DNA of 64,000 nt, taken from NCBI GenBank assembly GCA_951406725.2, contig OX597831.1, positions 52,514,001 to 52,578,000 of the forward strand, written 5' to 3'. The translations under genes and the position numbers were made by a program. Of this stretch, positions 1 through 13,878 are shown one piece after another; the first letter of the stretch is position 1; the number at the start of each line of letters is the position of its first letter. The notes beneath the pieces are model-generated. The model ran no database searches, was not told where the DNA came from, and was given only the letters and a program-made list of their open reading frames with translations. This DNA is from Octopus vulgaris. Lineage: Eukaryota.

Positions 1-310
1 GAACTCCTCCCCCACCCCCTACTCTCCTGACCTTGCACCCTCTGATTTTCACTTCTTCCCAGCCATGAAGTTGTTTTTGAAAGGAAAGCATTTCCCAGAT
101 GATGCAGCCTTGATTTCTAAAGTCACGTCGTGGAGGGAGGACCAAGCTGGGGTCTTTTACAAAAACGGTCCCCAGAGCTGGATTAAACGATGGGAGAAAT
201 GCGTAACTCTGAGTGGTTCCTATGTAGAAAAAGACCAATAACTGTGCCAAGTTCCGTTGCTCTACTGGTATGGGAAGTGGGTCAGGGGCATTACTTATTG
301 AACGCCCCTC

Positions 311-311
<1 letters not shown>
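1..311 (+). mobile_element. mariner (DD34D) transposon 3' remnant
   Basis: Translates [26 protein letters not shown]...[20 protein letters not shown] (YSPDLAPSD mariner motif), followed by a TIR-like end ...ttgaacgcccctcg|TA running into (TA)n. Confidence 0.9.
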
Positions 312-351
<40 letters not shown>

Positions 352-408
352 AGAGAGAGAGAGAAATATAGATATAGATACATATATATCTATGTATATA
401 TACACATA

Positions 409-481
<73 letters not shown>

Positions 482-552
482 ATATGTATGTATGTATAAG
501 TATGTATGCGTGTATGTATGTGTGCATATATATATATTATACAGTTATTATA

Positions 553-637
<85 letters not shown>
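312..637. repeat. compound (TA)n/(GA)n/(TATG)n microsatellite
   Basis: Directly visible; representative of dozens of similar tracts across the window. Confidence 0.95.
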
Positions 638-640
<3 letters not shown>

Positions 641-1325
641 TATATCTATTATTATACTTTGGGGTGGTTATCAGTACATGTCAGAATGAGAAAGAAACGA
701 GGAAAGTATCAGGTGGTCGCGAGATGGACTAAGAGTAACAGCTGAATTTTCCTTAAATCACACACAAAATTTCTTCACTTTTTTAGCGTAATCGTACGAA
801 TTCCCGTATGTAGAACGCAAATACGCGAAAGTTTCATGAAAATTCTAAAAAATAACAAAAAAAACTCATTAGGGCTTATATGGGATGCTTATACCAGAAT
901 TCCACCAAATTTGGTTGCTACTTCTAGCAAATAGACCAACCACTTATAAGCTCCAGTAATGGCTCGCTTCGCAAATCTGTAGATACGCCTGTTGTTCACA
1001 ATAGTTACTTACAGTGACGCCATCTTTTACATGACGTACCCGGATTTAGCTGTAGATCAATACGCTATCGACTCACCTTATGTAAGTTCCAGGTAAAAAC
1101 AGCAGAGAATCTGTAAATCATTTGTCCTTTTGATCTGAAACACCCCTTAGATCTTCGGCTCCTGATGCCATGGAGAGCCGCCAGCCCTGTGCAACATAAT
1201 GTATCTCACTAAAAACTACATTTCCGTAGACAGAAATCTGCTTCAAAAGAATCTTAGAAGATTCCAACAGATCCATTAAAGAATTTGCTGCCAGCTTCTT
1301 GGACAGAATCCGAAGCGAACAGATT

Positions 1326-1379
1326 ACATCATGATGAGAATCATCATAATGATTATCATCATCATCATCATCATAATAA

Positions 1380-1427
<48 letters not shown>

Positions 1428-1454
1428 CAGCAGCAGCAGCCATGATAATAATTG

Positions 1455-1498
<44 letters not shown>

Positions 1499-2160
1499 GG
1501 CTTGGCGGCCATTATCGCAGTCGTCGTCGTCATATCATCATACTGATCCTCATCATCATCATCATAATCAATAATAATAATGATGATGATGAACACGATA
1601 GTGACGACGGCCATTATCGTCGTCGTCGTCTTCATTCTCATCCTTAGCATCATCATTATCCCCCTCCTCCTCTTCTTCATCATCATCATCATCATCATCA
1701 TAATCATTAATATTGTTTTTATTGTTGTTGCTGTTGCTACGGATTGTGTTGCAGCTGCTGCAGTTTTTTGTTATTGTCGTTGTTATTGTTATTCTCAATT
1801 GTTGCAGTTGTTTTGTTGTTCTTGCCTCTTTTTTTTTGCTTTCTTTTACTTTTCTTTTCTTTTTTTTTTCTTTTTCTTATTTATCGTTTTCTTTCACACA
1901 CAGTATAATCACAAGTTTCCCATTGATTTCGGTTAGATTTTAAATTGCACACAAACTAAGCCAGAAATAACGGTCCTCTGGTGTCGCTTTAAATCTGTGT
2001 TTGGTCGTGATAGTAGTGATAGTGAAGGCGGTGCTGGCGGTGCTGGTGGTGCTGGTGGTGCTGGTGCTGGTGGTGCTGGTGCTGGTGGTGCTGGTGGTGC
2101 TGGTGCTGGTGGTGCTGGTGGTGGTTATGGTGGTGTTGGTAGTGGTGGTGGCGGCGGCAG
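1326..2160. repeat. mosaic of trinucleotide repeats (CAT/AGT/GAT/GTT) and (GGT/GCT)n
   Basis: Directly visible low-complexity tracts; similar mosaics at about 8205-8590, 16270-16840 and 40860-41320. Confidence 0.9.
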
Positions 2161-2322
2161 TGTCAGGTGTATTGATTAGTATTATAAAAGTTATGGGCAG
2201 AGTACGGTAGTATTGTGACATGCTGTATACTCCTAGTGAATCTATGAGCTCCAATTCACCAAACGTTTCAAATATAACTGTAATTAATTGGGGGTACTGT
2301 GGGGTTGCTTTCAATGTCTGTA

Positions 2323-2525
2323 TCGCATGGCTCAGTGGTTAGAATATTGAACTCATGATCACAAGATTGTGGTTTCGATTCCTGGACTGGGCGACGTAAA
2401 ACACTTCTTTTCATTTGCACTCAACTGCAAAAAAATGATAACCTTGTGATGGACTGGCGTCCTATCCAGATAGGGAATAAATACGCCACAGAAACCGGGA
2501 AACCGGTCCTGTGAATCTATATGAA
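2323..2525 (+). mobile_element. degraded tRNA-derived SINE with V-domain-like segment
   Basis: A box tggctcagtgg, B box gtttcgattcc, then ccttgtgatggactggcgtcctatccag; a related segment lies on the minus strand at about 33545-33620. Confidence 0.6.
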
Positions 2526-2689
2526 GAATCTTTATCTTTTTTATCTTATTCTCAGTATTACCAATTGTACATTTTGGATACCTACAAATATTTCATTTCA
2601 TCTATTTATTTTTTAATTTTTAATTGTTTATTTTTGTTTTTCCATCAATCCACCAACTTTCTCTGTCCACTATTCCTGATAGGATCGAG

Positions 2690-3060
2690 GGAGTAGAACC
2701 CTCTGGAACCTCCTTCTGATAGAGTACTATCAGAAGCGACCGTCATTAGACTTTTCTGCCAGATTTCGTAGCGTTACTAGGTGAGACTCCTGAGATTCCT
2801 GCCGGTTGGCTAGGCTTGAAGAATTCGTCTTGTGATTCTTTCATGCGACCTTCTAATCGCATGTCCGTGGTACCGGAGCTGTGACCTCTCTATGCGGAGA
2901 AGTAGCGAGTCAGCCTGAAGAGACTCCTTGATCCTCGAGCTACGATTTCTGTCGAGTAACGTAACTGCAGAGATTTTTCGTGAGAACCACATTTCGGCCG
3001 CTTGCATTCGCAATCGTACTCATTACTCAACATTCATGACCGTAGGTGAGGATAGGCACG
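2690..3060 (-). mobile_element. RTE-clade LINE 3' remnant
   Basis: RMQAAEMWFSRKISAVTLLDRNRSSRIKESLQADSLLLRIERSQLRYHGHAIRRSHERITRRIL matches the RTE post-RT pattern (AAEMxFLRRI...QLRWxGHVxR). Confidence 0.85.
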
Positions 3061-3794
3061 GAAACCGAAGTGAAGACAGCTTGCTCGACATTTTTACTGA
3101 CCTCTTCCCTTCTGAGGATGAAATGCAAGCGGAGAAGGTGGATGGCTTATATATATATATATATATAATGGGCTTCTTCCAGATTCCATCAACCAAATCC
3201 AATTACAAAGTTTTGGTCGGCCCGAGGCGATAGCAGAAGACTCTTGCCACGCAGTCGGGCTGAACCCGGAACCATGTGTTTAGGAAACGAGTTTCTTACC
3301 ACAAAGCCACATCTGCGCCTAGTTGACTAAGCATAAGCTGATTTCCTTTAGAAACATGCTCCACTTGTTCCAGTGTCGATTGTGCCATCCATCCATCGAA
3401 AAGATTGGATATTTTTGAGGTTCGATACAATAAGTACCTGTAATATAATGAGATCGATTTCAATCGATTGTATCATCCCTACCTAACCTCACTTCCAAAT
3501 TAATTAATCATGTGCCAATGTTAAAAATCATTATTACTAATGTTGGTGTTAGGTGAGTTCAGTGTAAAAGAAAATCAATATTGTTTATACAAATAAAAAA
3601 AATCAGAGAGACATCTAAGCTAATAATTATGATTTATTTGTATTCCTTTGGCGACCAATTCTCATCTGTGGATCGAATCAGACCATATTGAATATTCCTC
3701 CTTCTCATTTTCTGTCTCTTTCAAGTTCCTACCAATTTTTATTTATTAATCATTATTATTATTATTTTATTCCTTTCCCCCAAACCTTGTAAGC

Positions 3795-4020
3795 AGGCGT
3801 GTGGTTAAGCTGTGTGGTTAAGAAACTCGCTTTGCAGCCCGTGGGTTTGGGTTCAATCCCATTATACGACACCTTGAGCAAGAGTCTTCTACTACAGCCC
3901 CAAGCTGATCAACACCTTGTGAATGAATTTGAGAGAAGGAAATTGTTTGGAAGCCTATCGTATGTATGTATGTATGTATGTATGTATGTATGTATGTATG
4001 TATGTATGTATGTATGTATA

Positions 4021-4052
<32 letters not shown>

Positions 4053-4125
4053 CATATATATATATATACACACACACATATATATATACACATACAAATG
4101 CACACATATATATGTGTGTGTATGA

Positions 4126-4211
<86 letters not shown>

Positions 4212-4420
4212 ATGTTTGTCACTCTCACTGCTTGACAACAGGTTTTGGTTCGTTCACATCCCTGTAACACTTCGGTTCGACAAAAAACACCGACGGAATA
4301 AACACGAGGCTTGAAAAAAATGTTACTGGGGTCGATTGGCTCAACTAAATCCTTCAACGCTGTACCACAACATGGCTGCAGTCCAATGACTGAAATGAGT
4401 AAAAGATATAAGATAAAAGA
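3795..4420 (+). mobile_element. tRNA-derived SINE family A (diverged copy, internal microsatellite)
   Basis: Same head, ccttgagcaag core, internal microsatellite and ...gcagtc(c/a)aatgactgaaa...taaaaga tail as 7557-8004. Partial minus-strand copy at about 3170-3320. Confidence 0.85.
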
Positions 4421-4809
4421 AGATACAGATATAACTCTTAATGAACATGTGTACTGTAGTTGACGTCATGATCTTCCTAGAGTCAATTGCAGACAAAAGG
4501 AGACTAACATTCTGACCGAAAATCCTCCCGCACTCACACCGAATAGCACTATGCTACAGATTCTATTCCACTCAAAAAGAAATCCACTTTGGAATAAGTT
4601 AGACGTCCACTTTTTGCTTATGGGGAAGTGATATGAAAATCATTATTGTGAGATGCTGAATCAGAATTTATATGGCCATTGACGCCTAACTTTTGGGGTT
4701 TATGAATAAAACATGAACACACAAACATGCGTTGGTACATACCTATATACGTACCTACGTAGATAGATAGCTAGAGAGAGAGAGAAACCTTGTTGGTTTC
4801 GAATTTTCA

Positions 4810-5195
4810 CACAAGTTCGACCTCAGTGCTCAAATAGTACTTATTTTATCGACTCTGAAAGGATGAAGGGCAAACTCGACATTAACGGAATTTGAACTCA
4901 GAACGTTAAAGACGGATGAAATCTGCTAAGTATTTTATCTGACGTGCCAACGATTCTGTTCGCTCGCCGCCATTTTGTGTCTATATATTGGTTTCAAATT
5001 TTCACACAAGGCGAGCAAGTTTCGGAGAAGAGGCTAAGTCGATTACATCGACCCAGTGCTCAACTGCTACTTTATTGACTCCCAAAGAATGAAAAGCAAA
5101 GTCGACATTAGTGGAATTTGAACGCAGCCCTTGAAGACGAACGAAATGCCGCTAAGCATTTTGCCCGGCGTGCTAACGATTCTGCCAGCTCAACA
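4810..5195 (-). mobile_element. two adjacent SINE family B copies
   Basis: Both contain the reverse complement of gcctttcatcctttcggggtcgataaa..agtacc and the B box gagttcaaattcc. Confidence 0.75.
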
Positions 5196-5794
5196 CCTTT
5201 TTGTAGTTATATATTTTTGTTAAATGTACTCAGAAAAATACTGGTTTATCAGAACTTCTTTCATGCAAAAGTGAAACTCTGCTTGGTAATAGCATTTATA
5301 AATACTAGCGGGACCTGTGAATATTTCACGGAATTAATGGTAAACTTATTGGGTTATTTCTGAAAACTTTATCCAAAAAACCTGAAAGCGTATCCTGTGT
5401 TATGTCTGTATGGAAAGATGGTCGCTCATCTGCTAATCATTGAAAAGTGAAAGAAATTGGAATACGATGATTACTTAATGGACTTTATATATACACTTTA
5501 TATACTTTATGCACAATTTTATGGACTTAATACATAGCATACATAAAATATATATTCCCTCTTATTTTTCCATTTTTCTCATAAACAAATAAAAAAATAT
5601 CCTATACAAATGATACAACCTTTAGTTAAATTGCATATATCTTCCACGTAAATAAGCGTGACTATTTCACGGAATTACACTTATATGCATGCGTTAAGTG
5701 ATAGGTGATATAAAATAAGTGGTACTTATTTCATCAACCTCGAAAGGATTAAAGGCAAAGTCGACCTCAGCTGAATTTAATAATAATAATAATG

Positions 5795-5867
<73 letters not shown>

Positions 5868-5880
5868 TTATAATAATAAA

Positions 5881-6240
5881 AATGTGGAAGCTGAAGACTA
5901 AAACAATACCTGTTGTCATAGGTGCCCTGGGAATGATAGCGAAAGGGACTGATTGCTACCTAACTCAGATACCAGGAAACCCCAAAATGGCAGAAATTCA
6001 AAAGATAGTGCTCATGGGAACTGCTCATACTCTCTATGTAATCCCAAGGTTTAAAACAAACTTTTTTTTTTGTTTTTTTGTTTTTATGTATTAGACATTC
6101 ACTAGTACAACACCAAAAAAAAAGAAAAGAAAAAAAAAACCCAAATATATGGCACAGAACTTCCAACCTGTTGTCTCTTGAGGTCTCTGGGTGAGACTTG
6201 GAGCCAACTTGTACAGACATAAAGCAAAAGTCAAACATAG
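5881..6240 (+). mobile_element. R4/Dong-like RLE non-LTR retrotransposon, 5'-truncated 3' end, flanked by (TAA)n
   Basis: MWKLKTKTIPVVIGALGMIAKGTDCYLTQIPGNPKMAEIQKIVLMGTAHTL is the typical post-RLE C-terminus (IPVVIGALG...EIQKIVL.GTAHILR); 3' UTR ends at (AAT)n; (TAA)n also upstream at 5778-5880. Confidence 0.85.
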
Positions 6241-6412
6241 AATAATAATAATAATCCTTTCTACTATAGGTACAAGGCCTGAAACTTATTTGTAGTGGAG
6301 AGGGGGACTAGTCGATTACATTGATTGGTACTTATTTTATCGACGCCGAAAGGATGAATGACTAAGTCGACCTCGGCTAAATTTGATAATAATCCAGTGC
6401 TCAACTGGTATA

Positions 6413-6460
<48 letters not shown>

Positions 6461-6872
6461 CAAAACGTCAGCAAACCTTCTGATGTGATACTTCCTGAAT
6501 TTCAGTAGCAGAGAGCTGCCGGCATACTTTTTATACCGGCCCTTCTGTTGAGCGCTGATTTGGGTTCTCCAAAATAATAATAATAATAATAATATATATA
6601 TATATATCAACAAAAATAAAAATATAAACAAAAAATCTTATAAAGAAAGAAAATTAAAAAAAATTTTTTTAATTCTTTTAAACACGAAAATCTAGAAATT
6701 TTATGTTTATTCATAACGCAAATTCAATAATCAATGTTTCTGACCTGACTATCTTGTAATTTTTAATAATCTTTTTAATCTGCGAGCCAGGTTATTATTG
6801 TTTGTTCATTTATTTATTTATAATAATATTTATTTATTTATTGTAATATTTATTACTACTACTACTACTAAC

Positions 6873-7275
6873 ACGGCGAGCTGGCAGAAACTTTAGCACG
6901 CCGGACGAAATGCTTAGCAGTATTTCGTCTGCTGTTACGTTCTGAGTTCAAATTCCGCCGAGGTCAACTTTGCCTTTCATCTTTTCGGGGTCGATTAAAT
7001 AAGTACCAGTTACGCACTGGGGTCGGTGTAATCGACTTAATCCGTTTGTCTGTCCTTGTTTGTACCCTCTGTGTTTAACCCCTTGTGGGTAGTAAACAAA
7101 TAGGTATTTCGTCTGCCGCTACGTTCTGAGTGCAAATTCCGCCGAGGTCGACTTTGCCTTTCATCCTTTCGGGGTTGATAAATTAAGTACCAGTGAAACG
7201 TTGGGATCGATGTAATCAACTAGTCCCCCCCCCCCAAAAAAAAAGATTCAGGCCTTGTGCCTATGGTAAAAAGAA
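6873..7275 (+). mobile_element. SINE family B dimer (tRNA head plus Nin/Deu-like domain)
   Basis: ggcgagctggcagaa...gagttcaaattccgccgaggtcgactttgcctttcatcctttcggggtcgat occurs twice with two different tails, ending at (TTA)n. Confidence 0.85.
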
Positions 7276-7278
7276 TTA

Positions 7279-7345
<67 letters not shown>

Positions 7346-7556
7346 ATAACGTTGTTTCTAATTTGTATGATTCCAAAAATATTCTGAGACATCTATGTTG
7401 GCCATCTGAGAAATAACAATTTAACTAGAAGTCTGCTTTCACTTAATCACGTCTCCACACAGCTATCTTTTAGTAAATATTGCTTGAATTGTTAAGGGCA
7501 TCGTACAATAAAGAAGTACATAACACAAATATGAATATGAATAAGTAAATAAACAA

Positions 7557-7733
7557 AGGCGCAGGAGTGGCTGTGTGGTAAGTAGCTCACTTACCAACCA
7601 CACGGTTCCGGGTTCAGTCCTACTGCGTGGCACCTTGGGAAAGTGTCTTCTACTATATCCTCTGGCCGACCAAAGCCTTGTGAGTGGATTTGGTAGAAGA
7701 AAACTGAAAGAAGCCTGTCGTATGTATATATAA

Positions 7734-7790
<57 letters not shown>

Positions 7791-8004
7791 TGTGTCTGTG
7801 TTTGTCCCCCAACATCGCTTGACAACCGATGCTGGTATGTTTACATCCCCGTTATTTAGCGGTTCGGGAAAAGAGACCGATACAATGAGTACTAGGCTCA
7901 CAAAGAATAAGTCCTGGGGTCGATTTGCTCGACTAAAAGGCGGTGCTCCAGCATGGCCGCAGTCAAATGACTGAAACAAGTAAAAGAGTAAAGAGAGTAA
8001 AAGA
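7557..8004 (+). mobile_element. tRNA-derived SINE family A, full length
   Basis: aggcgcaggagtggctgtgtggtaag (A box), ggttcagtcc (B box), caccttgggaaagtg core, internal (TG)n, tail ...gaaacaagtaaaagagtaaagag; near-identical copies elsewhere. Confidence 0.9.
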
Positions 8005-8216
8005 GCAAATACATAAATACACCTTTCCCTGTGTATTTTGCTAGGTCCCTTTACGTTCCCTTATGTACAAATCCGTATGAGATCGATTTCATCTTTCAAT
8101 TTTGCTTAGAAGTTGGAAACTGGCGCCATTGAGTCAATTTTAACTTTTCACTGCCTGAAAAAATAATTATAATAATTGAGGTCTTTGCTTAAGTAATTTT
8201 AACTACAACAATAACA

Positions 8217-8271
<55 letters not shown>

Positions 8272-8357
8272 TACTACTTCCACCACTACGATTACTACTG
8301 CTACGGCAACTATTACCGCCTACACAAGTACTATTAATACTGCTAATACTGTCCCAA

Positions 8358-8396
<39 letters not shown>

Positions 8397-9490
8397 CGCC
8401 ACCACCTCTGCTAATGCTATCATGGTTGCCATCATGACTACACTACAGCGATTACCAGCACCGTCACCACCACCACAATCACCATCATTACTACCGTAAC
8501 AAACACCCTCGCCAATAATACTTCTACTGGCACCACCAACACCATCATCAACACCACCACCGCTACCACCTCCACAACTACTACTTAGTAAGGATTTGAA
8601 CTCAGGCCACAGAGATGCATACAAATAAAGCAAGGTATGTTTCTTACGCTCTAATGATTCTGCCGATTCATTGCTCGTTGGTGCGGAAGAGAGAAGCTTA
8701 AGCCAGTGACCTCAAACCAGCGACCTGGTTGAAATACTTGTTACAGTGTCTAGTGCTCTGCTACTAAAGACGAATCGCTGCTGTCTCTAGCGGTCGAGTG
8801 CCCATCATTAACAAGATCAAACAAGGTTGAAATCACGCGATCTGGTGCTCTCGGCGCTGGAGTTAGTGGGGATTTATCTCCCGCTTGCGATACAAACAAG
8901 AGTGCATTTAGCACCAAAAAGCCAATATGAGAGGTTCCCACGTGCTAACAACCGCAGTATTGTTTGTTCTGTTAGAACATCCACGTTTAAGTGGGGATAA
9001 ATATTGCCTCTACTAAAGGTAATTGTAGCCTTCAACCTGATGATAGACTGGGTTTACCAACTACGAACAACATCGGTCCCACAGATTGGCTTCTATACAG
9101 TTCCTGTCTCACCAAGTTCAATTCACAGAACTTTGGGAGATCCAGGACTCTGATAGATGACTCTCGATTCATCTCACAGCATGACGTAGAACGCAAAGTC
9201 ATGACGTTGCAAAACTAACATATTAACAACACAGCCATGCCCTTCGAATATTATTTGACTTATCGCATCTCCTGTATTTAAAGATAATAATTTTCAGGAA
9301 TTTTGACTTGCGCTTCACTGATAATGCAATCGTAGACATGACTGTGTAGGCAAAGGAGTGTATTGGGATGTTAGCCGAGTATGTAGCTTCAAAACAACAG
9401 ATAAGTAGTATGAACACGAACCAGAGGATGTGATAAAAAAAATTAGAATTACAAGTTCTTGAAGGACTTTACCATAAAGACTGACCATAC

Positions 9491-9654
9491 AGGCGCAGGA
9501 GTGGCTGTGTGGTAAGTAGCTTGCTTACCAACCACATGGTTCCGGGTTCAGTCCCACTGCATGGTACCTTGGGCAAGTGTTTTCTACTAAATCCTCGGGT
9601 CGACCAAAGCCTTGTGAGTGGAATTGGTAGACGGAAACTGAAAGAAGCCTATCG

Positions 9655-9727
<73 letters not shown>

Positions 9728-9928
9728 CTGTCCCACCAACATCGCTTGACAACCGATGCTAGTGTGTTTACGTCCCCGTAACTTAGCGGTTCGGGAAAAG
9801 AGACCGATAGAGTAAGTACTAAGCTTACAAAGATAAGTCTTCGGATCGATTTGCTCGACTAAAGGCGGTGCTCCAGCATGGCCGCAGTCAAATGACTGGA
9901 ACAAGTAAAAGAGTGAAAGAGTAAAGAG
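9491..9928 (+). mobile_element. SINE family A, full length
   Basis: Near-identical to 7557-8004. Confidence 0.9.
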
Positions 9929-9944
9929 TATACTACTGAGACAA

Positions 9945-10310
9945 GAAGACTAGACACGATTATAGAGTATAAAAGAAAGAGTATAAAATCTTGGATTCTG
10001 CAATTTCCTATGATAGCAGAGTCGATACCAAAGAAATTGAAAAGAAGTGAGAAATACTAGGATCGAACCAGAGATCGGAGGGGACTGTGGAAGACCAACA
10101 CAACAATTGTTCCTGTAGTAATAGATACACATGGCGCGACACCCAAAATGCAACCTAAGATATAGAATGAAATTGGAATTGAAACTCGCATTGTCGAACT
10201 GCGCAAAAGTACCATCCCATATTCTGCAAGACTCCTAAGAAAGCTTCTTGAGATTCGAAAAGACTTGTTGTCACCAAACCACAAGATAAAAATGCTTGCC
10301 GACTAAATTA
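9945..10310 (+). mobile_element. R4/Dong-like RLE domain and 3' end remnant (frameshifted)
   Basis: Pieces read KILDSAISYDSRVDTKEIEK / LWKTNTTIVPVVIDTHGATPK / IGIETRIVELRKSTIPYSARLLRKLLEI. Confidence 0.75.
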
Positions 10311-10600
10311 ACATGCACTAGTATAACAACAACATAATGTTATATATACATTCATATAATTACACATACATATATATACAAAATAGCTGAAGTTGAGGAA
10401 GATCAGGTCAAATATTCAACGGTGGGTGGCTTAGATGGGTGTAGAATACTAGAGATAAATCTATACAGTGAGTGGAGGGAGACATGGTGATTGTGTTAAG
10501 GATTTGAAAAATTCACTTGCAATGTATTACTGCTCTACAGGTACCACAAACATTAAATTGAAGTCAGCAACTACAGTTTAGAACATATTAATGAATAATA

Positions 10601-10668
<68 letters not shown>

Positions 10669-11457
10669 CAACAACAACAACAACAAGAATTTCATTATTG
10701 CCCACAGGGGGCTAAACATAGAGGGTACAAACAAGGACAGACAAAGAGATTAAGTCGATTACATCGACCCCAGTGCGTAACTGGTACTTATTTAATCGAC
10801 TCTGAATATAGACCCAGTAAGTGCCATAGTAGATATAATTGCCTGTTTCGTCCCCCACAAATTTCTGGTCATTTGGACGATGTTAGAAACACATAACAGT
10901 AGAGGGCACGACACGTTTTGAGCACAGCCGTTTGGCGCCGCATATTTAACGTCGCTGATTTGACGCTGACTCATTTGAAATCAGACGTTTTAATAGTTGT
11001 CTTACCACCACCACCACCCCTCTTATTTTCTTTCTTCCTTTCTTCCTTCCTTTCTATCTTTCACTTTCTATTTTCTACGTGTATATTTATATGCGCTCGC
11101 GTGTGCGTCTGGTTGTCTCATTCCCCATTACAGAACATGAATGAGGGACTGGCCGAATAGAAGACCAGAAGAAATATTTTGCAATAATTAAATGATGTGT
11201 AATTATCTTCCCAGATCAAATATTGATGGTAGGTAGGGGTTGAGGATAACTTAAATTCTTTATCCTTCCGGTGATGGTAAAATAAATATCATTTAAGTAT
11301 TGAGATTGAATTAATTGTTGGCTGTCGATATCAAATCACATAAGTGAATAACAAACACTTTGTGAGAACAAAAATGGGTCTCACACCTACACACACACAC
11401 GAGTGTGAGTGTTGATGTTAGCTAATAGAAGTAAAGACAGCTTAATACATAATGTAG

Positions 11458-11515
<58 letters not shown>

Positions 11516-11518
<3 letters not shown>

Positions 11519-11888
11519 CGCAGGAGTGACTGTGTGGTATGCTTGCTTCTTCCTAACCACATGGTTCCGGGTTCAGTCCCACTGTGTGACACGTTGGGGA
11601 TGTGTCTTCTACTACAGCCGCAGGCCGACCAAAGCCTTGTGAGTGGATCTGGTAGACGGAAACTGAAAGAAACCCATCGTATATATGCGCGTGTGTGTGT
11701 TTGTACCACCATCGCTTGACAACTGATGCTGGTGTGTTTACGTCTCCGTAATATAGCGGTTCGGCAGAAGAACCGATGGAATAAGTATTAGGCTTACAAA
11801 GAATAAATCCAGGGGTCGATTTGTTCTACCAAAGGCAGTGCTCCAGCATTGCTGCAGTCAAATAACAAAAATAAATAAAAGAATAAAA

Positions 11889-11890
<2 letters not shown>
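11516..11890 (+). mobile_element. SINE family A
   Basis: Same head, core and tail as 7557-8004. Confidence 0.88.
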
Positions 11891-11951
<61 letters not shown>

Positions 11952-11955
<4 letters not shown>

Positions 11956-12330
11956 TTCTATCCTCAGTCGAGTTCCAGGTTGTCTTTACAATTTCGGCTG
12001 GTTATACTCGATATTGCTCCAATCTGGCCAACCCCAAGGAAAAACTAAGCTAAGAGCATTAGATTCCTTCGAAGAAAGCAGCGAATGTATATGCAAACAA
12101 GGACGGAAAAAAACGGAGAAATGTTACACAAATACAAATGCAAATAACAGGACATAACAACAGGTATCTTTCGACTAAAGACGAATTAAATTAAGCTGGC
12201 GTGTGTGGAAGTAAAGCCTCACGGCAGGGACATAAGATTTGACGAGCGCAGGGAGGAATATAAATATTGCACGGATGGTAGTCGAACCAAAAAAGAAAAG
12301 TCAGGCTTGACCGAACACCGGTCACGTGGG
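11952..12330 (-). mobile_element. Penelope-associated pLTR-like repeat (family P1)
   Basis: Shares atttcggctggttatactc...ccaaggaaaaactaagctaagagc with 20071-20535, where the repeat abuts a Penelope ORF fragment; begins at a (TA)n tract. Confidence 0.7.
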
Positions 12331-13423
12331 GAGAGAGAAGAGAGAGAAGTAGAGGCAGGGGGATAGAAGAATTAAGGAGGGGTGAGAAAAAAATGAAAGG
12401 GACACTGAAGTGAAGGAGGAGGGAAAGTGAGCATGAAGAGAAGGCCAGTAAATGTGAGAGAGGGAGAACGAAAGAACGAAGAGTAGAATGAACGAAGTAA
12501 GTGTGAAAGGGCTGACATACAAATAAACAGGTTCCGACGGATAAATTATCGTCATCTTATGAACCTGCGAGTTACAGTGCAGTGAAACGCCGACTGTTAA
12601 TCTATACACGTGCGGACGTGTAAAAGAGCTTGCGTGGATGCATGCAGCTTACAACCTCTAGTTTATAGAAAAAAGTCTGCAATTCGTGTCATACAATTTG
12701 CTTGCCTTGGTCATCTTCCTTTGATCACGAGAACAAGTACCGTTATACATGTGATTGTGCGTGTTTATGTTCGTGTTTGTATGTGTGTGTGCGTGCGCGC
12801 GCGCGCGTGTGTGTGTGTGTGTGTGTGTGCGTGCGTTTGTGGGTGTGTGTGTGCGTGCGTGGCAGATTCTTTTCTAGTAAACTTGTTAGTCCGCCGGTTA
12901 TGAAAGAATCCTTTACTGAATAGAGCATTTTGTAAACGAGGTTTTATTCATTTTCTAAACGATTATAAATACCCCCATACACACACATATATGTATATAT
13001 ATATGTGTGTGTGTCTATACATATATATATATATATTTCAACCTAAATTGTGATTATACGTAAACACTGCTTAGCGCCATTACTCCAATATTTTTCTCGA
13101 TCGGGCGATCCACTAGCGCAAATCAGTTAATGTGTTGGCTGAATTATATATAAAGCTATCAGCTTTATTCAATTCGTTCAGAGTTTCCCCACTTAGGTAC
13201 ATCTCATCGACAAGAGTCAATAAACACGAAGCATCGATGTCTGAGATTCCCGAGGGAGGGCGACACTGAACGAACGGTGTGTTTTTACAACTTTTTACCA
13301 TACGAGAGATTTTTTTCTCCACAGTAACTGCAGTGTATTTGCCTTTAGTAGTTGAGATATGTGATGCCTTCGTTTTTGGGATCACCACTGCTTTATTATC
13401 TCCCCTTCTTCCTAGCTCTCCTG

Positions 13424-13632
13424 TGTGACCCCTCTGTCCGGCATTCGTCATGATAGATCGCAAACTACTAAACCTTTTTCTATTTTCTCTCTCTGCTTAT
13501 TTCCGTGTTCCTTTCTGTCGAAGAGCGTAACCTCGAAACGTAAAAGACTTTCTCACTTTCCGAGCGTTAAACTAATACATCTGTTTGTTGTTTACACACC
13601 TGTTTTCGTCTTTTTTTTGTGTAAATACTCAC
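13424..13632 (+). mobile_element. pLTR-like repeat family P2 with hammerhead-like motif (13511-13546)
   Basis: cttt-CTGTCGA-a-gagc gtaa cctc-GAAA-cg-ta-aaag; other copies at 33781-33960, 45235-45438 and 45522-45703; ends at (TA)n. Confidence 0.7.
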
Positions 13633-13847
13633 TATATATATATATATATCCTTAAAATCCTTTAAAATGCCTTAGCCCGAAGGCTGCGGCCATGCTGGGG
13701 CACCACTGGTGAATATATATATATATATATATTCATATACTTATACATATATATATACATACATGCATACATATATACATACTTACATACATACATACAT
13801 ATATACATACATACATACATACATACATACATACATACATACATACA

Positions 13848-13878
<31 letters not shown>

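Noticed and set aside
1997-2179. Gly/Ala-rich ORF resembling a structural protein or EBNA1-type repeat
   Set aside because: Short (GGT/GCT)n simple repeat with no splice or flanking coding support.
7557-7630. tRNA-like sequences with A and B boxes (also 6873, 31850, 2323)
   Set aside because: These are heads of multi-copy SINEs; there is no complete cloverleaf and they continue into shared SINE bodies.
13113-13463. 116-aa non-repetitive minus-strand ORF
   Set aside because: No recognisable motif or splice signals; it starts inside a P2 repeat and is probably TE-derived or chance.
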